A stretch of 62,787 nucleotides of DNA, counting the filler, from Octopus bimaculoides (lineage: Eukaryota): NCBI RefSeq assembly GCF_001194135.2. It is 4 parts of 3 records of this genome, joined end to end, with 100 filler letters (N's around TTAATTAATTAA, not from the genome) between each part and the next. Parts side by side here need not be neighbours in the genome. Positions count along the whole stretch, not along the records: positions 57,220 to 62,787 come from NC_068984.1; 3 more parts are not named here. One strand, written 5' to 3'. The notes below the pieces were generated by a model. It worked only from the letters and a program-made list of their open reading frames with translations, was not told where the DNA came from and searched no databases. Position 1 is the first letter of the stretch, and the number at the start of each line of letters is the position of its first letter. Of the stretch, positions 62,725 through 62,787 are shown one piece after another. The position numbers were made by a program, and so were the translations under genes.

Positions 62725-62787
<63 letters not shown>

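Overview
AT-rich, microsatellite-dense eukaryotic DNA with many gaps. The repeat families look like those of an octopus (cephalopod) genome; this is inference from recalled repeat sequences, not a database hit. Three artificial 100-bp spacers (N44-TTAATTAATTAA-N44) split the window into four possibly unrelated pieces: 1-16523, 16624-34254, 34355-57119 and 57220-62787. The only host coding sequence I can support is one well-spliced internal exon of ST7 (18450-18600, minus strand). Most of the rest is transposon debris: tRNA-headed SINEs of three groups (my labels A, B, C), three R4/Dong fragments, RTE/RTE-X pieces, a long CR1-type LINE joined to a Tx1-type LINE, Penelope-like (PLE) relics, two IS630-Tc1-mariner elements, hAT and Helitron/Helentron-type non-autonomous elements, and a 33-bp minisatellite. 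The best leads are a canonical-core hammerhead ribozyme (45796-45853), a minimal hammerhead with a non-canonical CUGUUGA core (34455-34492), an unclassified ~340-bp element with a 23-bp flanking duplication, a Tx1-CR1 junction, modular domain swapping among SINEs, and a short GC-rich bacteria-like fragment. Most ORFs in the supplied track come from microsatellites or gaps. All alignments were done by eye, and repeat boundaries are approximate.
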